A stretch of DNA of 64,000 bases from positions 14,949-78,948 of the forward strand of contig CAZQUR010000002.1 of assembly GCA_964596535.1 (NCBI GenBank), given 5' to 3'. This document shows positions 1 through 10,512 of this stretch, one piece after another. Source of the stretch: an uncultured Desulfobacteraceae bacterium. GTDB taxonomy: Bacteria > Desulfobacterota > Desulfobacteria > Desulfobacterales > UBA2156. Made by a program: the position numbers and the translations under genes. Each line of letters begins with the position of its first letter. Position 1 is the first letter of the stretch. The notes beneath the pieces were generated by a model. The model did no database searches and had not been told where the DNA came from. It worked only from the letters and a program-made list of their open reading frames with translations.

Positions 1-1169
1 AAAAAGAGGCACAAGGCGCCCATGGATTCCAGGCGGTTTCTTTTGTCAAAAAGCCCAATCTTTATGTTTATATCCTCGAGTCCTATCACGGCCTCGAGAT
101 CATGCGCGATGTGTACGGCATAGAAACCGCCGCTCTTGAGGACTATCTAATGGAAAAAGGATTTTTTATATATGAAGATTCTTTTTCCAACTCCGTCACC
201 ACGCTCACATCCCTTACGGACTTGTTCACCATGCGCCTGTACCAGTACATTCCGAGAGGGTTGCATGATGTGGCCCGGCGGACACGCGCGATCCTGGCCG
301 GAAATAATGAAAATACCGTATTCCGGACAATGAAACAAAACGGATATACGACCGCCTTTATCACACGGGAAGACCACTATTATTTCCATGAGAAGTTAAG
401 ATATCTGGACGTTACGGATCTGTCTTTCAATATCGCCAACTGGCGATACGCGCTGAGTCCGATACTCGAGTGCAACACCCGCCTTCATCGAACCCTGCCG
501 GCGGCCTATGGCGTCGAGAGCCGCTGGTCTTTATACGAGGCGGTCTCTCAGACAGCGCGGGAATTATGGCAGAACCAGCCGTTTTTGATCTGTTTTTTAG
601 GGGGCGCAAAGCACGCGCCGCTGCCTCCCTATTCGTATCGGGATGCCGGGCAGTGGGTTTCCAGCGGTTTTTATGCGCAAGAGATAGAAAGGGGAAATGT
701 CGAAATTCAAGAAGTGATCGATGTTATCCTGGAAAAAGACCCCGATGCACTGATCATTCTGGCAGGAGATCACGGCGCCTGGCGATTCCGGGATATCTGG
801 ATCGGTTATGAAGGCTCCCCGGACCGGCTGCATGCTTTTTTAATGCAGGAAGGGATTACCGAAGAAGATCTGGTAAAGGATCTGGCCGGAATCTTATTGG
901 CCATCCGAGTCCCTAAGGGCAAAAGGGATATCTCGGCGCGGTTGCCCATGAGCACTGTGAACATATTTCATCATGTCTTTGCCTATCTCAGTGAAGACCC
1001 CGCCCTTTTAAAAAAGCGGGAAAAAACGCTCACTTCCTTATACAAAGATTTCATTATGGCCGTTGACAATAAACCGATCTCGCCCTTTACCCGGGTGCCG
1101 GAAAATTTGCCTGTGGATGATTCCGTATCGGCCGGCAGATCCGTTTTCAGCAAGGATTGCCGGGAATAA
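1..1169 (+). CDS. sulfatase-like hydrolase/transferase (alkaline phosphatase superfamily), 5' end outside window
   Basis: The frame of ORF 102..1169 stays open back to nt 3 (..KKPNLYVYILESYHG..), resembling the N-terminal metal-site strand of LtaS/sulfatase folds. C-terminal ILAGDHGAW motif. Confidence 0.55.
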   Translation, partial: KEAQGAHGFQAVSFVKKPNLYVYILESYHGLEIMRDVYGIETAALEDYLMEKGFFIYEDSFSNSVTTLTSLTDLFTMRLYQYIPRGLHDVARRTRAILAGNNENTVFRTMKQNGYTTAFITREDHYYFHEKLRYLDVTDLSFNIANWRYALSPILECNTRLHRTLPAAYGVESRWSLYEAVSQTARELWQNQPFLICFLGGAKHAPLPPYSYRDAGQWVSSGFYAQEIERGNVEIQEVIDVILEKDPDALIILAGDHGAWRFRDIWIGYEGSPDRLHAFLMQEGITEEDLVKDLAGILLAIRVPKGKRDISARLPMSTVNIFHHVFAYLSEDPALLKKREKTLTSLYKDFIMAVDNKPISPFTRVPENLPVDDSVSAGRSVFSKDCRE

Positions 1170-1433
1170 AACGGATAAGACTCCATTTGTTTGGGTGCGG
1201 ATGGATCGCGGGAACGAATTGTGTTCCGCCACGATCTGCACCCCAAGAGATGGGAGCCGTCCACTTGTTGAGTCAAGTGATTTTTCGATTATCCAAAAAA
1301 GATCGCAAAAAAGGTTTTGTGACGGCCGTTTGCACCTTTTCGGGAAAGAATAGCAAAAAGTTACGCGAAAAAGGGCCGTTACGAAATCCTCCTATCTGAT
1401 TAACGCAAAACAGGGTTTCGATCAAGGCGGTAT

Positions 1434-3014
1434 ATGGGACCTTCAAAGACACCTTCCGTGGGGCAAAAGATGGGACTGGCTGCGGCCATCATGATGGCGT
1501 CGGTCTTTTTCAGCCGGGTAACGGGCCTTGTCCGCGAAATGGTGATTGCCTACATCGGCGGGGCTTCTTCAGCCGTGGACGCCTACCAGGTGGCGTTCAT
1601 CATTCCCGAAATCCTCAACCACGTGGTGGCTTCCGGATTTTTATCGGTCACCTTCATTCCCATTTTTTCCCGTTACCTTTCCTCGGACCGGGAAGCAGAA
1701 GGGTGGGATGTCTTTTCCATCATCTTCACCGGTTTCGGGACGTTTTTGATTCTTGGCATCCTTTTAACCATGGTCTTCACGCCGGCGCTGGTGGAGATGG
1801 TGGCCCCCGGAATTGAGGACGGCGTTGTGAAAACAAACGCCGTGCGCATGACCCGGATTATCCTTCCGGCCCAGTTTTTCTTTTTCGCCGGCGGTCTTTT
1901 CATGGCCGTCCAGTTTGCAAAGGGACGTTTTGCCGTCCCGGCGCTGGCGCCGCTGGTGTACAACCTGGGGATCATCGCCGGCGGCGGGGTCCTGGGGAGA
2001 TCGCTCGGCATGGAAGGATTTGCATGGGGGGTTTTGGCCGGCGCTTTTTTCGGAAACTTTTTTCTCCAGTGGTGGGGGGCCTTGCGGGTGGGCCTGCGGT
2101 TTTTTCTGAAAATCGATTTCCGCCACCCGGATTTGAAAAAATACATCGCCCTGACCCTGCCCCTGATGGTGGGACTCACCATGACCTTTTCCACCGAGAT
2201 TTTCTTCCGGTTTTTCGGGAGCTTTCTCCCCCCGGGGACCATCGCCGCCCTCAACTACGGGCTGCGGGTCATGCTGATCCTGGTGGGCGTCTTCGGCCAG
2301 GCCGTGGGGGTGGCCTCCTTTCCGTTCATGGCACGCCTGGCGGTGGAGGGAAGACGTCAGGAGATGCACCGGCTTTTGGATCAGACCCTGAGGCTCCTTT
2401 CCCTTGTCATTCCCGTTTCTGTTTTGTGCATGGTATTGCGCAAGGAGATCGTTGTTTTGTTGTTTTTGCGGGGAAATTTTGACACGGCGGCCTTGGAAGC
2501 GACGTCGCAGGCACTCTTCTATCTGATGGCCGGCGCCTTTGCATTCGCCGCCCAGACCATCGTTGTCCGGGCCTACTACGCCGTCCAAAACACCTTGTTC
2601 CCGGCCCTTTTCGGCTCCCTGGCGGTGGTGTTGAGTCTGCCCCTGTATTGGATGGGGATGCGGTTTATGGGAGGAAACGGGGTTGCCCTGGCCGTCAGTA
2701 TTTCCGCTGTCATGCAGGCGGGGCTTTTATACGGGATTTGGAACGCCCGCCGTCCGGACCGGGCGTATCACCGGGTTTACGCGTCCTACGCCCGCATGAT
2801 CGGATTGGGAGCGGTTTTCGGGGCGGCGTTTGAATGGATGAAAAACGCAGGTGTGCCCCAATTCAGCACCGCACCCCTGACCCAAAGTGTCCTGACCTGC
2901 CTGATGATCGGCCCGCTTTATCTGGTGGCCTTTTACGGTGCGGGCCGGATTTTGAAAATCCCGGAAATAAAGACCGTTCGGGATCTTAGAAAATCGCGGT
3001 CCACGCACGGATAA
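1434..3014 (+). CDS. murJ: lipid II flippase MurJ (MviN family)
   Basis: 526-aa polytopic membrane protein. N-terminus SRVTGLVREMVIAYIGGASSAVDAYQVAFIIPEILNHVVASGFLSVTFIP is the canonical MurJ signature. An alternative ATG lies about 36 nt downstream. Confidence 0.9.
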   Translation: MGPSKTPSVGQKMGLAAAIMMASVFFSRVTGLVREMVIAYIGGASSAVDAYQVAFIIPEILNHVVASGFLSVTFIPIFSRYLSSDREAEGWDVFSIIFTGFGTFLILGILLTMVFTPALVEMVAPGIEDGVVKTNAVRMTRIILPAQFFFFAGGLFMAVQFAKGRFAVPALAPLVYNLGIIAGGGVLGRSLGMEGFAWGVLAGAFFGNFFLQWWGALRVGLRFFLKIDFRHPDLKKYIALTLPLMVGLTMTFSTEIFFRFFGSFLPPGTIAALNYGLRVMLILVGVFGQAVGVASFPFMARLAVEGRRQEMHRLLDQTLRLLSLVIPVSVLCMVLRKEIVVLLFLRGNFDTAALEATSQALFYLMAGAFAFAAQTIVVRAYYAVQNTLFPALFGSLAVVLSLPLYWMGMRFMGGNGVALAVSISAVMQAGLLYGIWNARRPDRAYHRVYASYARMIGLGAVFGAAFEWMKNAGVPQFSTAPLTQSVLTCLMIGPLYLVAFYGAGRILKIPEIKTVRDLRKSRSTHG

Positions 3015-3029
3015 TTTATCGAAAAGCGG

Positions 3030-3650
3030 TTGTCATATGGACGCTTTTTTCATATAGAGGCGCTGAGAATCTGGAGCGGAAGGAGACAGCCGTTGGAAAA
3101 AATCATCCCCCAGCGCATGTTTTTCACCAAGGGTGTTGGATACCATCGGAATCAGCTGCAAAGCTTTGAGCTGGCCTTGAGGGACGCCGGAATCGAAATA
3201 TGTAACATCGTCACCATTTCCAGCATCTTCCCGCCGGCGTGCAAAATCATATCCAAAAGAGAGGGGTTGAAAAACCTCGTGCCCGGCCAGGTGACCTTCG
3301 TGGTCATGGCCCGGGAAAACACCAATGAACCGAGCCGGCTCATATCGGCGGCGGTGGGGCTGGCCCAACCCGTCAACCGGAAACAATACGGCTATATTTC
3401 CGAACATCATGCCTTTGGACAAAAAACCCGCCAGGCCAAAGATTTTGCGGAAGACCTGGCCGCCACCATGCTCGCGTCCACCCTGGGCATCGAACTGGAT
3501 ATCGATAAGGCCTGGGACGAGCGCAAACAACTCTACATCGCCGATAAAAAACGCCATTTCACCAGCCGGAGCATCGCCCAGAGCGCTTACGGTCACCGGG
3601 ACGGCCTGTGGACCACCGTGGTGGCCTGTGCGGTCATGCTCATCGCATAG
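3030..3650 (+). CDS. pdaD: pyruvoyl-dependent arginine decarboxylase
   Basis: FFTKGVGYHRNQLQSFELALRDAGIEICNIVTISSIFPP matches the PdaD self-cleavage (SS) region. The real start is probably TTG about 3093 (GGAGA 7 nt upstream) or ATG 3117, not the ORF-track start. Confidence 0.85.
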   Translation: MSYGRFFHIEALRIWSGRRQPLEKIIPQRMFFTKGVGYHRNQLQSFELALRDAGIEICNIVTISSIFPPACKIISKREGLKNLVPGQVTFVVMARENTNEPSRLISAAVGLAQPVNRKQYGYISEHHAFGQKTRQAKDFAEDLAATMLASTLGIELDIDKAWDERKQLYIADKKRHFTSRSIAQSAYGHRDGLWTTVVACAVMLIA

Positions 3651-3653
3651 AAT

Positions 3654-4730
3654 GTGAAAGACGCCATGTCCCGATCCCTTTTTGAATCGTCCCCGGATAT
3701 TCTCCCCGAACGCTTGAAACGCGGACTATCTATTGCCGACCTGCTGGAGATCATGGGCGGGACCTGTTTCGAGGCCCGGAATGTCTTTCGCGCCGCCCGG
3801 TTGTTGAAGCGGATGATCGAAGCCGGAGACACCCTCTGGCTGGGGATCGCCGGCGCAGGCATCGCCGGCGGCATGGGGGGGATGGTGATTTCCCTCATGG
3901 AAGCCGGTTTTATCGACGTGATCTGTTCCACGGGAGCCCAGGTTTACCACGACCTGCATTTCGCCTTCGACCTTCCGGTCAAGGCGATCCCCCCCCACTG
4001 GGATGATGACCTTCTCCGCAAACACGGGGATACGCGGATTTATGATATCGGCATCCGGGAAAAGGAGACCCTCGAAGCCCAGGACGCACTGATCCGCCGG
4101 TTCGTGGAGGACGCCCACAACTCCCTTTCCCCGGAGTCCCTCTCCAGCTGGGAGTTCAACTTCCGATTGGGGCTGTGGACGGCGGCCCACGCGCCTTATC
4201 CGGAACGCAGTTTCACTGCACGGGCCGCCCAACTGGAAGTCCCGGTTTTCTGGGATTCCCTTTCCAATCATTCCATCGCCATGAATCTTGTCCGCACGGA
4301 CCGGGAGGGGTTTCCCGTCGTGCTGTCCGCCCAGAAGGACATCCTGCAATCCGCGGCCGTCGCCTTTTGCTCGGAACAGACCGGCTTTCTGGAACTGGGG
4401 GGCGGCGGCCCAAAAAACTTCATCCAGCAGACCGGGCCCACCATCAGCCAGATTTTAGGCTTCGATTATGGAGGGGCGGATCGCGGCATCCAGATCGGGA
4501 CGGCCGTGGAACGGGAAGGGAGCCTTTCCAGTTGCACCTTCGGGGAGGCGGTCACCTGGGGGAAATACCGGCATGCCGACCAGGACCGCCTGGTCCAGAT
4601 CTGGGGGGAATACAGCGTCATCTTCCCCCTGTTGGCCGCCTATGCCCTCGATACCTGTACACCACGGCCGTCCAAGCGCTGGTGCACCCGGATTCCGGAA
4701 AGTGTGAAGAAATTGCCGGTGCCGCCGTGA
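3654..4730 (+). CDS. deoxyhypusine synthase family protein (bacterial DHS-like, possible homospermidine-type aminobutyl transferase)
   Basis: GIAGAGIAGGMGGMVISLMEAGFIDVICSTGAQVYHDLHFA and the C-terminal ELGGGGPKNFIQQ are typical of the DHS NAD-binding fold. Starts 4 nt after the pdaD stop (GTG 3654 or ATG 3666). Confidence 0.75.
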   Translation: MKDAMSRSLFESSPDILPERLKRGLSIADLLEIMGGTCFEARNVFRAARLLKRMIEAGDTLWLGIAGAGIAGGMGGMVISLMEAGFIDVICSTGAQVYHDLHFAFDLPVKAIPPHWDDDLLRKHGDTRIYDIGIREKETLEAQDALIRRFVEDAHNSLSPESLSSWEFNFRLGLWTAAHAPYPERSFTARAAQLEVPVFWDSLSNHSIAMNLVRTDREGFPVVLSAQKDILQSAAVAFCSEQTGFLELGGGGPKNFIQQTGPTISQILGFDYGGADRGIQIGTAVEREGSLSSCTFGEAVTWGKYRHADQDRLVQIWGEYSVIFPLLAAYALDTCTPRPSKRWCTRIPESVKKLPVPP

Positions 4731-5611
4731 AACCGCACCCCACTCCCTTTTTGAACCCGGCGCCCGAGCGGTGCGCCCTGGAACATGCCCGGGTGGTGGT
4801 GCTTCCTTTCCCCTACGAAGGCGGCATCTCCTATGGGGCCGGCGCAGCGGCCGCACCCCAGGCGATTCTGGAGGCCTCCGCCCAGCTCGAATGCTTCGAC
4901 GAAGTCCTTCGGGCGGAACCCTTGGAGGTGGGGATCGCAACGGTTCAACCCCCTGAAATCCCGGAACACCCCCGACAGATGATCGAAACCATGCAAGAGA
5001 CGGTGGGGGCGCTGCTGAACCGGGGAAAATTCGTCGTTGTGGCCGGCGGGGATCATTCCATCACCACCGGTTACGCAATGGCCCTGAAAGAAAAATACGA
5101 TCCCTTGGGGGTCATCCAGTTGGACGCTCACGCCGACCTCCGGGAGACTTACGACGACAGCCCCTTAAGCCATGCCTGCGTCATGGCCCGCATCCGGGAG
5201 ATCACCCCCCATACGATGCAATTGGGGATTCGAAGCATCTCCGCGGAGGAAGCCCGGCGGGTGCAACAAGACGGGCTTTTGCTCTGCCCCCTGCACCAAT
5301 GGCGACAGGGGGCGTTCGATCTCCAAGGGGCGTTGAGACGTCTGCCCGAACGGGTTTTTATTACCGTGGATGTGGATGTCTTCGACTGGAGTGTCGTTTC
5401 GAGCACGGGAACCCCGGAGCCCGGAGGCCTGTTCTGGGACGAAGCCCTGGGAATCCTGAAAACGATTTTTAACGCCAAAGACGTGGTGGGTTTCGATGTG
5501 GTGGAACTGGCGTACAAAAAAGACGATATGAACTCTCCTTTTGCCGTGGCCAAGCTCATTTATAAGATGATCGGGTTCAAATTCCACCGCCGGTTGACTC
5601 GCATCTTTTGA
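4727..5611 (+). CDS. speB: agmatinase (ureohydrolase family)
   Basis: GGDHSIT, QLDAHADL and DVDVFD...GTPEPGGL Mn-binding motifs. GTG 4727 overlaps the TGA of the upstream gene (GTGA). The ORF-track start at 4175 is a GC-rich in-frame extension. Confidence 0.9.
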   Translation: MKPHPTPFLNPAPERCALEHARVVVLPFPYEGGISYGAGAAAAPQAILEASAQLECFDEVLRAEPLEVGIATVQPPEIPEHPRQMIETMQETVGALLNRGKFVVVAGGDHSITTGYAMALKEKYDPLGVIQLDAHADLRETYDDSPLSHACVMARIREITPHTMQLGIRSISAEEARRVQQDGLLLCPLHQWRQGAFDLQGALRRLPERVFITVDVDVFDWSVVSSTGTPEPGGLFWDEALGILKTIFNAKDVVGFDVVELAYKKDDMNSPFAVAKLIYKMIGFKFHRRLTRIF

Positions 5612-5815
5612 TATCTTTTCCTGGCCGGAGAATACCCTTTTCCCGGATGAGGGGGTCTCCGACGCGTCGCTTTTAAATTTCATTGATTTTCTCCCCTTGA
5701 TTTGATAATCAGGAACACATTGTAAACACGAAGCGGTTGATTTGCGGTCCTTTGAAGCCGTGGAACAATTCAGCAGAGTGCTTCAGTTCCTTAAACCCAA
5801 AAAGAAGGAGGGGCT

Positions 5816-7423
5816 ATGGTGAAGAAACTGACGATTATAACGATGCTTTTGGTGTTGGTGGGTGCCGGGACACTTTTTGCGGCGCCCAAGTCGGGGGGCA
5901 CGCTGGTTTTCGGAAGGGGCGGGGACAGCGTCGGGCTGGATCCGGCCTACGAGACCGACGGCAACTCTTTTATGGTGTGCGACAACATTTACGAGGCCCT
6001 GGTGTTTTACGCCGATGAATCCACCGCCCTGGAACCGGGACTGGCCGAGTCCTGGGATATTTCTGCCGACGGCTTGACCTACACCTTCCATTTGCGCAAG
6101 GGGGTGAAGTTCCACGACGGCACCGATTTCAACGCGAACGCCGTTGTCTTTTCCATCGGCCGCATGATGAAAGAACCCAAGGTTAAGTATTTCGGGAAGG
6201 GATGGGAGATTCCTCCCCAGGATCGTCCGCCCGAGTACTGGGTCTCCATGGAAATGGACAACATCCTGGACTCCATCACGGCCACGGATGACGACACCGT
6301 GGTCTTCAAACTCAAGAAGGTGAACGCCCCCTTTTTGGCCAACATGGGAATGGATTTTGCCGACATCATCAGCCCCACGGCGTTTCTGAAAAACCCCAAG
6401 GAGTTCATCCGCAACCCGGTGGGCACCGGTCCCTTTAAATTCGTCAGATGGGTAAAGGATGACCGTATCGTACTGGAGCGCTTCAATGATTATTGGGACA
6501 AAAACGCCGGGCCTTACCTGGACAAGATCGTCTTCCGGTCCATCCCGGAAAACTCCGTCCGCTTCCTGGAACTCAAGACCGGAAACATCCACATCTGCCA
6601 GTTCCCCAATCCCCAGGACATCGATATGGCCAAAAAAGACCCGAACCTGATCCTTCCCACCCAGCCCGGCATGAACATCGGGTATCTCGGGTTCAACCTG
6701 ACCAAGGAGCCCTGGAAGAGCAAGGCGGCGCTCCGAAAAGCCATTGCCCATGCCATCAACAAGAAAGCCATCGTGGACAACCTCTACCAGGGTCTGGGAC
6801 AGGTGGCGAAAAACCCCATTCCGCCCACCATGTGGGGATACAACGATGAGATCCCGGGTTACAGCTACGATGTAAAAAAGGCCAAGGAACTCCTTGAAAA
6901 GGCCGGGTATCCGGGCGGCAAGGGACTGGGGGAGATCACCCTGTGGTCCATGCCGGTTCCCCGGCCGTACAATCCCGACGGGGTGAAGATCGGTGAAGCC
7001 ATGGCAGCGGATTTGGCCAAAGCCGGGATCACCGCCAAAGTGGTCACCTTCGAATGGGGAACCTATTTGAAGCGCCAACGGGAACAACCCGAGGACATGG
7101 ACCTGTTCCAGCTGGGGTGGACCGGGGACAACGGGGATCCGGACAATTTCCTGGCGGTCCTCTTCGACGGTCTGGCCTCCGAAGCCATCCGCACCCAGTG
7201 GAAAAACGAAGAATATCATCAGCTCATCATCCAGGGACGGGAAACCATCGACCAAGAGAAGCGGATCGAAATCTACAAGAAAGCCCAGAAGATCTTCTTC
7301 GAGGAGTGCCCGGCGATTCCCATCGCCCACTCCACCGTCATTTGGCCGGCCCACAAAAGCGTGCAGAACTTCAAACTGCATCCCACCGGGTCCGTCCGGA
7401 TGAAAAATGTTTGGTTGCAGTAA
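5816..7423 (+). CDS. ABC transporter substrate-binding protein, family 5 (peptide/nickel, DppA/OppA-like)
   Basis: Signal peptide MVKKLTIITMLLVLVGAGTLFA, then GGTLVFGRGGDSVGLDPA typical of SBP family 5. AAGGAGG RBS upstream. Confidence 0.88.
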   Translation: MVKKLTIITMLLVLVGAGTLFAAPKSGGTLVFGRGGDSVGLDPAYETDGNSFMVCDNIYEALVFYADESTALEPGLAESWDISADGLTYTFHLRKGVKFHDGTDFNANAVVFSIGRMMKEPKVKYFGKGWEIPPQDRPPEYWVSMEMDNILDSITATDDDTVVFKLKKVNAPFLANMGMDFADIISPTAFLKNPKEFIRNPVGTGPFKFVRWVKDDRIVLERFNDYWDKNAGPYLDKIVFRSIPENSVRFLELKTGNIHICQFPNPQDIDMAKKDPNLILPTQPGMNIGYLGFNLTKEPWKSKAALRKAIAHAINKKAIVDNLYQGLGQVAKNPIPPTMWGYNDEIPGYSYDVKKAKELLEKAGYPGGKGLGEITLWSMPVPRPYNPDGVKIGEAMAADLAKAGITAKVVTFEWGTYLKRQREQPEDMDLFQLGWTGDNGDPDNFLAVLFDGLASEAIRTQWKNEEYHQLIIQGRETIDQEKRIEIYKKAQKIFFEECPAIPIAHSTVIWPAHKSVQNFKLHPTGSVRMKNVWLQ

Positions 7424-7565
7424 AGGACCATAACCTCCATCGGCCGAAACGGGGGCGGCACAGATGTGCCGTCCCCGATGGCGGCTGAACTTCCTCGAAA
7501 ACCGTCCGCCAAAGGAGACGTCCCCTTTGCATCGGATCCGCTTTAATAGAGTCCGTTTTTAATTC

Positions 7566-8570
7566 ATGCTGGCTTATATCGCCCGCCGATTTCTCATCCT
7601 GATTCCCACGCTTCTGGGCGTGTCGATCATTGTTTTTCTCCTGCTTCACCTCACCCCCGGAGACCCCGCAGAATTGCTTCTCGGCGAGCGGGCCACTCCG
7701 GACGCCCTGGAGCAGATGCGGGAGCATTTGGGCCTGAATGAGCCCATCCATGTCCAGTACGGGATGTTCCTAAAGCGGCTGATGAAAGGAGATCTGGGAG
7801 AGACCATCTGGACCCGGCAGAAGGTCTGGATCGAAGTCAAGCAGCGCTTCCCGGCCACCATCGAACTCTCGGTGGCGGCGCTGTTCATCAGCTGTTTTTT
7901 CGGCATCATCCTGGGTATCGTATCGGCCACCAAGCAGTATTCCCTCTTTGATTACGCCAGTATGTTGGGCGCCCTGGCGGGGGTGAGCATGCCCATTTTC
8001 TGGCTGGCGCTGGTCTTCATGCTGATCTTTTCCCTCAACCTGGGGTGGCTTCCCATGTCGGGCCGCCTCAGCGTGGGCGTGGAACTGAAGACCATCACCA
8101 ATTTCTACATCCTCGACGCCGTCCTCACCGGGAACGGAAAAGCACTGAAAGACGTCCTGTGGCACCTCATCATGCCGGCGGTGACGCTGAGCACCATTCC
8201 CATGGCCATCGTCGCCCGTATGACCCGGTCGGCCATGCTGGATGTGCTCCGCCAGGACTACATCAAAACCGCCAAGGCAAAAGGGCTGTCGCGCGTTCAG
8301 GTGATTTTTAAACACGCCCTGCGCAATGCCCTGATCCCCGTGGTCACCACCATCGGCCTGCAGTTCGGGGTCATGCTCGGCGGGGCGATTCTTACGGAGA
8401 CGATTTTTGCATGGCCCGGGGTGGGCAAGTGGATGTACGACGCGGTGATGCAGCGGGATTACATGGTGATCCAGGGAGGGGTGCTTTTTATCGCCACCCT
8501 CTTTGTGGTGATCAACTTATGCGTGGACGTGTTGTATGCCGTCATCAACCCCCGTATCAGTGTGCGATAA
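7566..8570 (+). CDS. ABC transporter permease (DppB/OppB-like)
   Basis: MLAYIARRFLILIPTLLGVSIIVFLL N-terminus and the EAA-loop region AKAKGLSRVQVIFKHALRNALIP. Confidence 0.9.
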   Translation: MLAYIARRFLILIPTLLGVSIIVFLLLHLTPGDPAELLLGERATPDALEQMREHLGLNEPIHVQYGMFLKRLMKGDLGETIWTRQKVWIEVKQRFPATIELSVAALFISCFFGIILGIVSATKQYSLFDYASMLGALAGVSMPIFWLALVFMLIFSLNLGWLPMSGRLSVGVELKTITNFYILDAVLTGNGKALKDVLWHLIMPAVTLSTIPMAIVARMTRSAMLDVLRQDYIKTAKAKGLSRVQVIFKHALRNALIPVVTTIGLQFGVMLGGAILTETIFAWPGVGKWMYDAVMQRDYMVIQGGVLFIATLFVVINLCVDVLYAVINPRISVR

Positions 8571-8617
8571 TTCAAAGCTACGGGTGCATGCGATAAAAAT
8601 GATACGCGAATCCGTTT

Positions 8618-9517
8618 ATGACCACGGCGACTGTTAACACCCATCGCGATCCCCGGGATCGGCACCCCCTCTTGGAGCAGCTGAGTCAGCTCTGGCGGAA
8701 CAAAACCGCCGTGCTCGGCCTGGTCATCATCACGATTTTTATTTCAACGGCCCTGTCCGCGCCCTGGATCAGCCCCCATAATCCCATCGAGACGTCGTTG
8801 TACGATCAGCTCAAGCCCCCCGTGTGGCACGACAAGGGGACCTGGACCCACATCCTGGGGACCGATGAACTTGGACGGGATTTATTTTCCCGCATCATTT
8901 ACGGCGCGCGGGTCTCCCTGATTGTGGCGGTGATCAGTGTGGGGCTGGCCTTTACCCTGGGCACCCTGTTGGGATGCATTTCCGGATATTACAAGGGGCT
9001 GCTCGACGGAATCATCATGCGCATCATGGACATGATCCTGGCTTTCCCCTATCTGTTGCTGGCCATCGTGGTGGTGGCGTACCTGGGACCCAGCCTGCAG
9101 AACGCAATGATGGCCATCGGCATCACCTATGTCCCCCGCTTTGCCCGCATCGTCCGCGGGAGTGTCCTTGAAGAATGTGAAAAAGACTATGTCATCGCCG
9201 CCAGGGCGGTGGGGGCCAACGACGGCAGGATTATTTTCCTGTCCATTTTACCCAATTGTCTCGGTCCGTTGATCGTGCAGACCACGCTGAGCATGGCTTC
9301 GGCCATCCTCGATGCAGCGGCGCTGAGTTTTCTCGGGTTGGGCGCCCAGCCGCCCACCCCGGAGTGGGGCGCCATGATCGCCCGAAGCCGCTCTTTGATT
9401 CTGAGGGCCTCCTGGGTGATGACCTTTCCCGGGGTGGCTATCTTGCTGGCGGTTCTCGGGTTCAATCTCCTGGGAGACGGACTCCGGGATGCCCTGGATC
9501 CGCGGCTGCGCGACTGA
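8618..9517 (+). CDS. ABC transporter permease (DppC/OppC-like)
   Basis: [24 protein letters not shown] and [18 protein letters not shown] motifs. Confidence 0.9.
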   Translation: MTTATVNTHRDPRDRHPLLEQLSQLWRNKTAVLGLVIITIFISTALSAPWISPHNPIETSLYDQLKPPVWHDKGTWTHILGTDELGRDLFSRIIYGARVSLIVAVISVGLAFTLGTLLGCISGYYKGLLDGIIMRIMDMILAFPYLLLAIVVVAYLGPSLQNAMMAIGITYVPRFARIVRGSVLEECEKDYVIAARAVGANDGRIIFLSILPNCLGPLIVQTTLSMASAILDAAALSFLGLGAQPPTPEWGAMIARSRSLILRASWVMTFPGVAILLAVLGFNLLGDGLRDALDPRLRD

Positions 9518-10512
9518 TGAAACCCACCGTGAAGAACACGAAAACGCCGCTTCTGGAGATCAACCGCCTGCAGACCCATTTCTTTGTCCGGGGCCGGGTT
9601 GCCAAGGCCGTGGAGGACGTGAGTTTTACCATCAACGCCGGCGAGACCCTCGGCCTCGTTGGGGAATCGGGGTGCGGGAAGAGCGTGACCGCCCATTCCA
9701 TCATCCAACTGATTCCGCAACCCCCGGGTAAAATTGTGGGGGGTGAGATCCTGTTCGAAGGGAAGAACCTGGTGCACTATAGCGAGGCCCGGATGCGAAA
9801 GATTCGAGGGAACCGCATCTCCATGATTTTTCAGGAACCCATGACCTCCCTGAACCCGGTCTTTACGGTGGGTGACCAGGTGGGAGAGGTGCTGCGCCTG
9901 CACCAGAGGCTTTCCAACCGAACCGCAAGAGACAGGGTCGTGGAAGTCTTTCAAAAGGTGGGGATCCCGGCTGCCGAGAAACGGCTGGACGATTATCCGC
10001 ACCAGATGAGCGGCGGGATGCGCCAGCGGGTGATGATCGCCATGGCCCTGGCCTGCAATCCGCGGCTCATGATCGCCGATGAACCCACCACGGCCCTGGA
10101 CGTGACGATTCAGGCCCAGATCCTGGACCTGATGAATCAACTCAAGACCGACACCGGCGCCGCCATCCTGTTCATCACCCATGATCTGGGGGTGATCGCC
10201 GAAATGGCCCAGCGGGTGGCAGTGATGTATGCGGGGAAAATGATGGAATTCGCCGATATCCAACGACTCTTCGCCGATCCGAAACATCCGTATACCGTGG
10301 GGCTGCTCCGTTCCATCCCGGTGCTCGGAAGAAAAAAAGAAAAGGGGAAATTGGAAACCATCCCCGGCATTGTTCCTTCCTTGTTTCATTTGCCCCCCGG
10401 GTGTCTTTTCAGTGACCGCTGCCCGGATGTCTTCGACGAATGCCGGCATATGGAGCCGGACTGGTATCCCGTGGGCGAGGGGCACTTTGCCCGGTGCTTG
10501 AAATATGCGTGA
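9517..10512 (+). CDS. ABC transporter ATP-binding protein (DppD/OppD-like)
   Basis: Walker A GESGCGKS, signature SGGMRQRV, Walker [15 protein letters not shown] 9517 overlaps the upstream TGA (TGATG). The track start at 9256 is an extension. Confidence 0.9.
   Translation: MKPTVKNTKTPLLEINRLQTHFFVRGRVAKAVEDVSFTINAGETLGLVGESGCGKSVTAHSIIQLIPQPPGKIVGGEILFEGKNLVHYSEARMRKIRGNRISMIFQEPMTSLNPVFTVGDQVGEVLRLHQRLSNRTARDRVVEVFQKVGIPAAEKRLDDYPHQMSGGMRQRVMIAMALACNPRLMIADEPTTALDVTIQAQILDLMNQLKTDTGAAILFITHDLGVIAEMAQRVAVMYAGKMMEFADIQRLFADPKHPYTVGLLRSIPVLGRKKEKGKLETIPGIVPSLFHLPPGCLFSDRCPDVFDECRHMEPDWYPVGEGHFARCLKYA

Noticed and set aside
4175-4726. N-terminal extensions suggested by the ORF track. Examples: speB from 4175, dppD from 9256, pxpC to 12657, dctM to 15443, rSAM to 22080, sat from 22157, qmoA to 28478, SDR from 32266, deaminase from 36393, rpmI from 37840, merR from 41969, PHP to 58937, fabD to 60804.
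   Set aside because: The extensions overlap the preceding gene in another frame and encode Arg/Pro/Gly-rich junk. Internal starts with SD sequences or stop-start overlaps give N-termini that match the family consensus.
5783-7381. Very long antisense ORFs mirroring real genes. Examples: 5783..7381(-), 9187..10485(-), 15865..17316(+), 18176..19987(-), 22163..23392(-), 25463..27127(+), 27120..28451(+), 28540..30558(+), 44099..45694(-), 46859..48586(-), 51906..53222(-).
   Set aside because: Their translations are low-complexity and rich in Gly/Arg/Pro/His with no recognisable motifs. Each lies opposite a gene with unmistakable family signatures. Such shadow ORFs are expected in GC-rich DNA because stop codons are rare.
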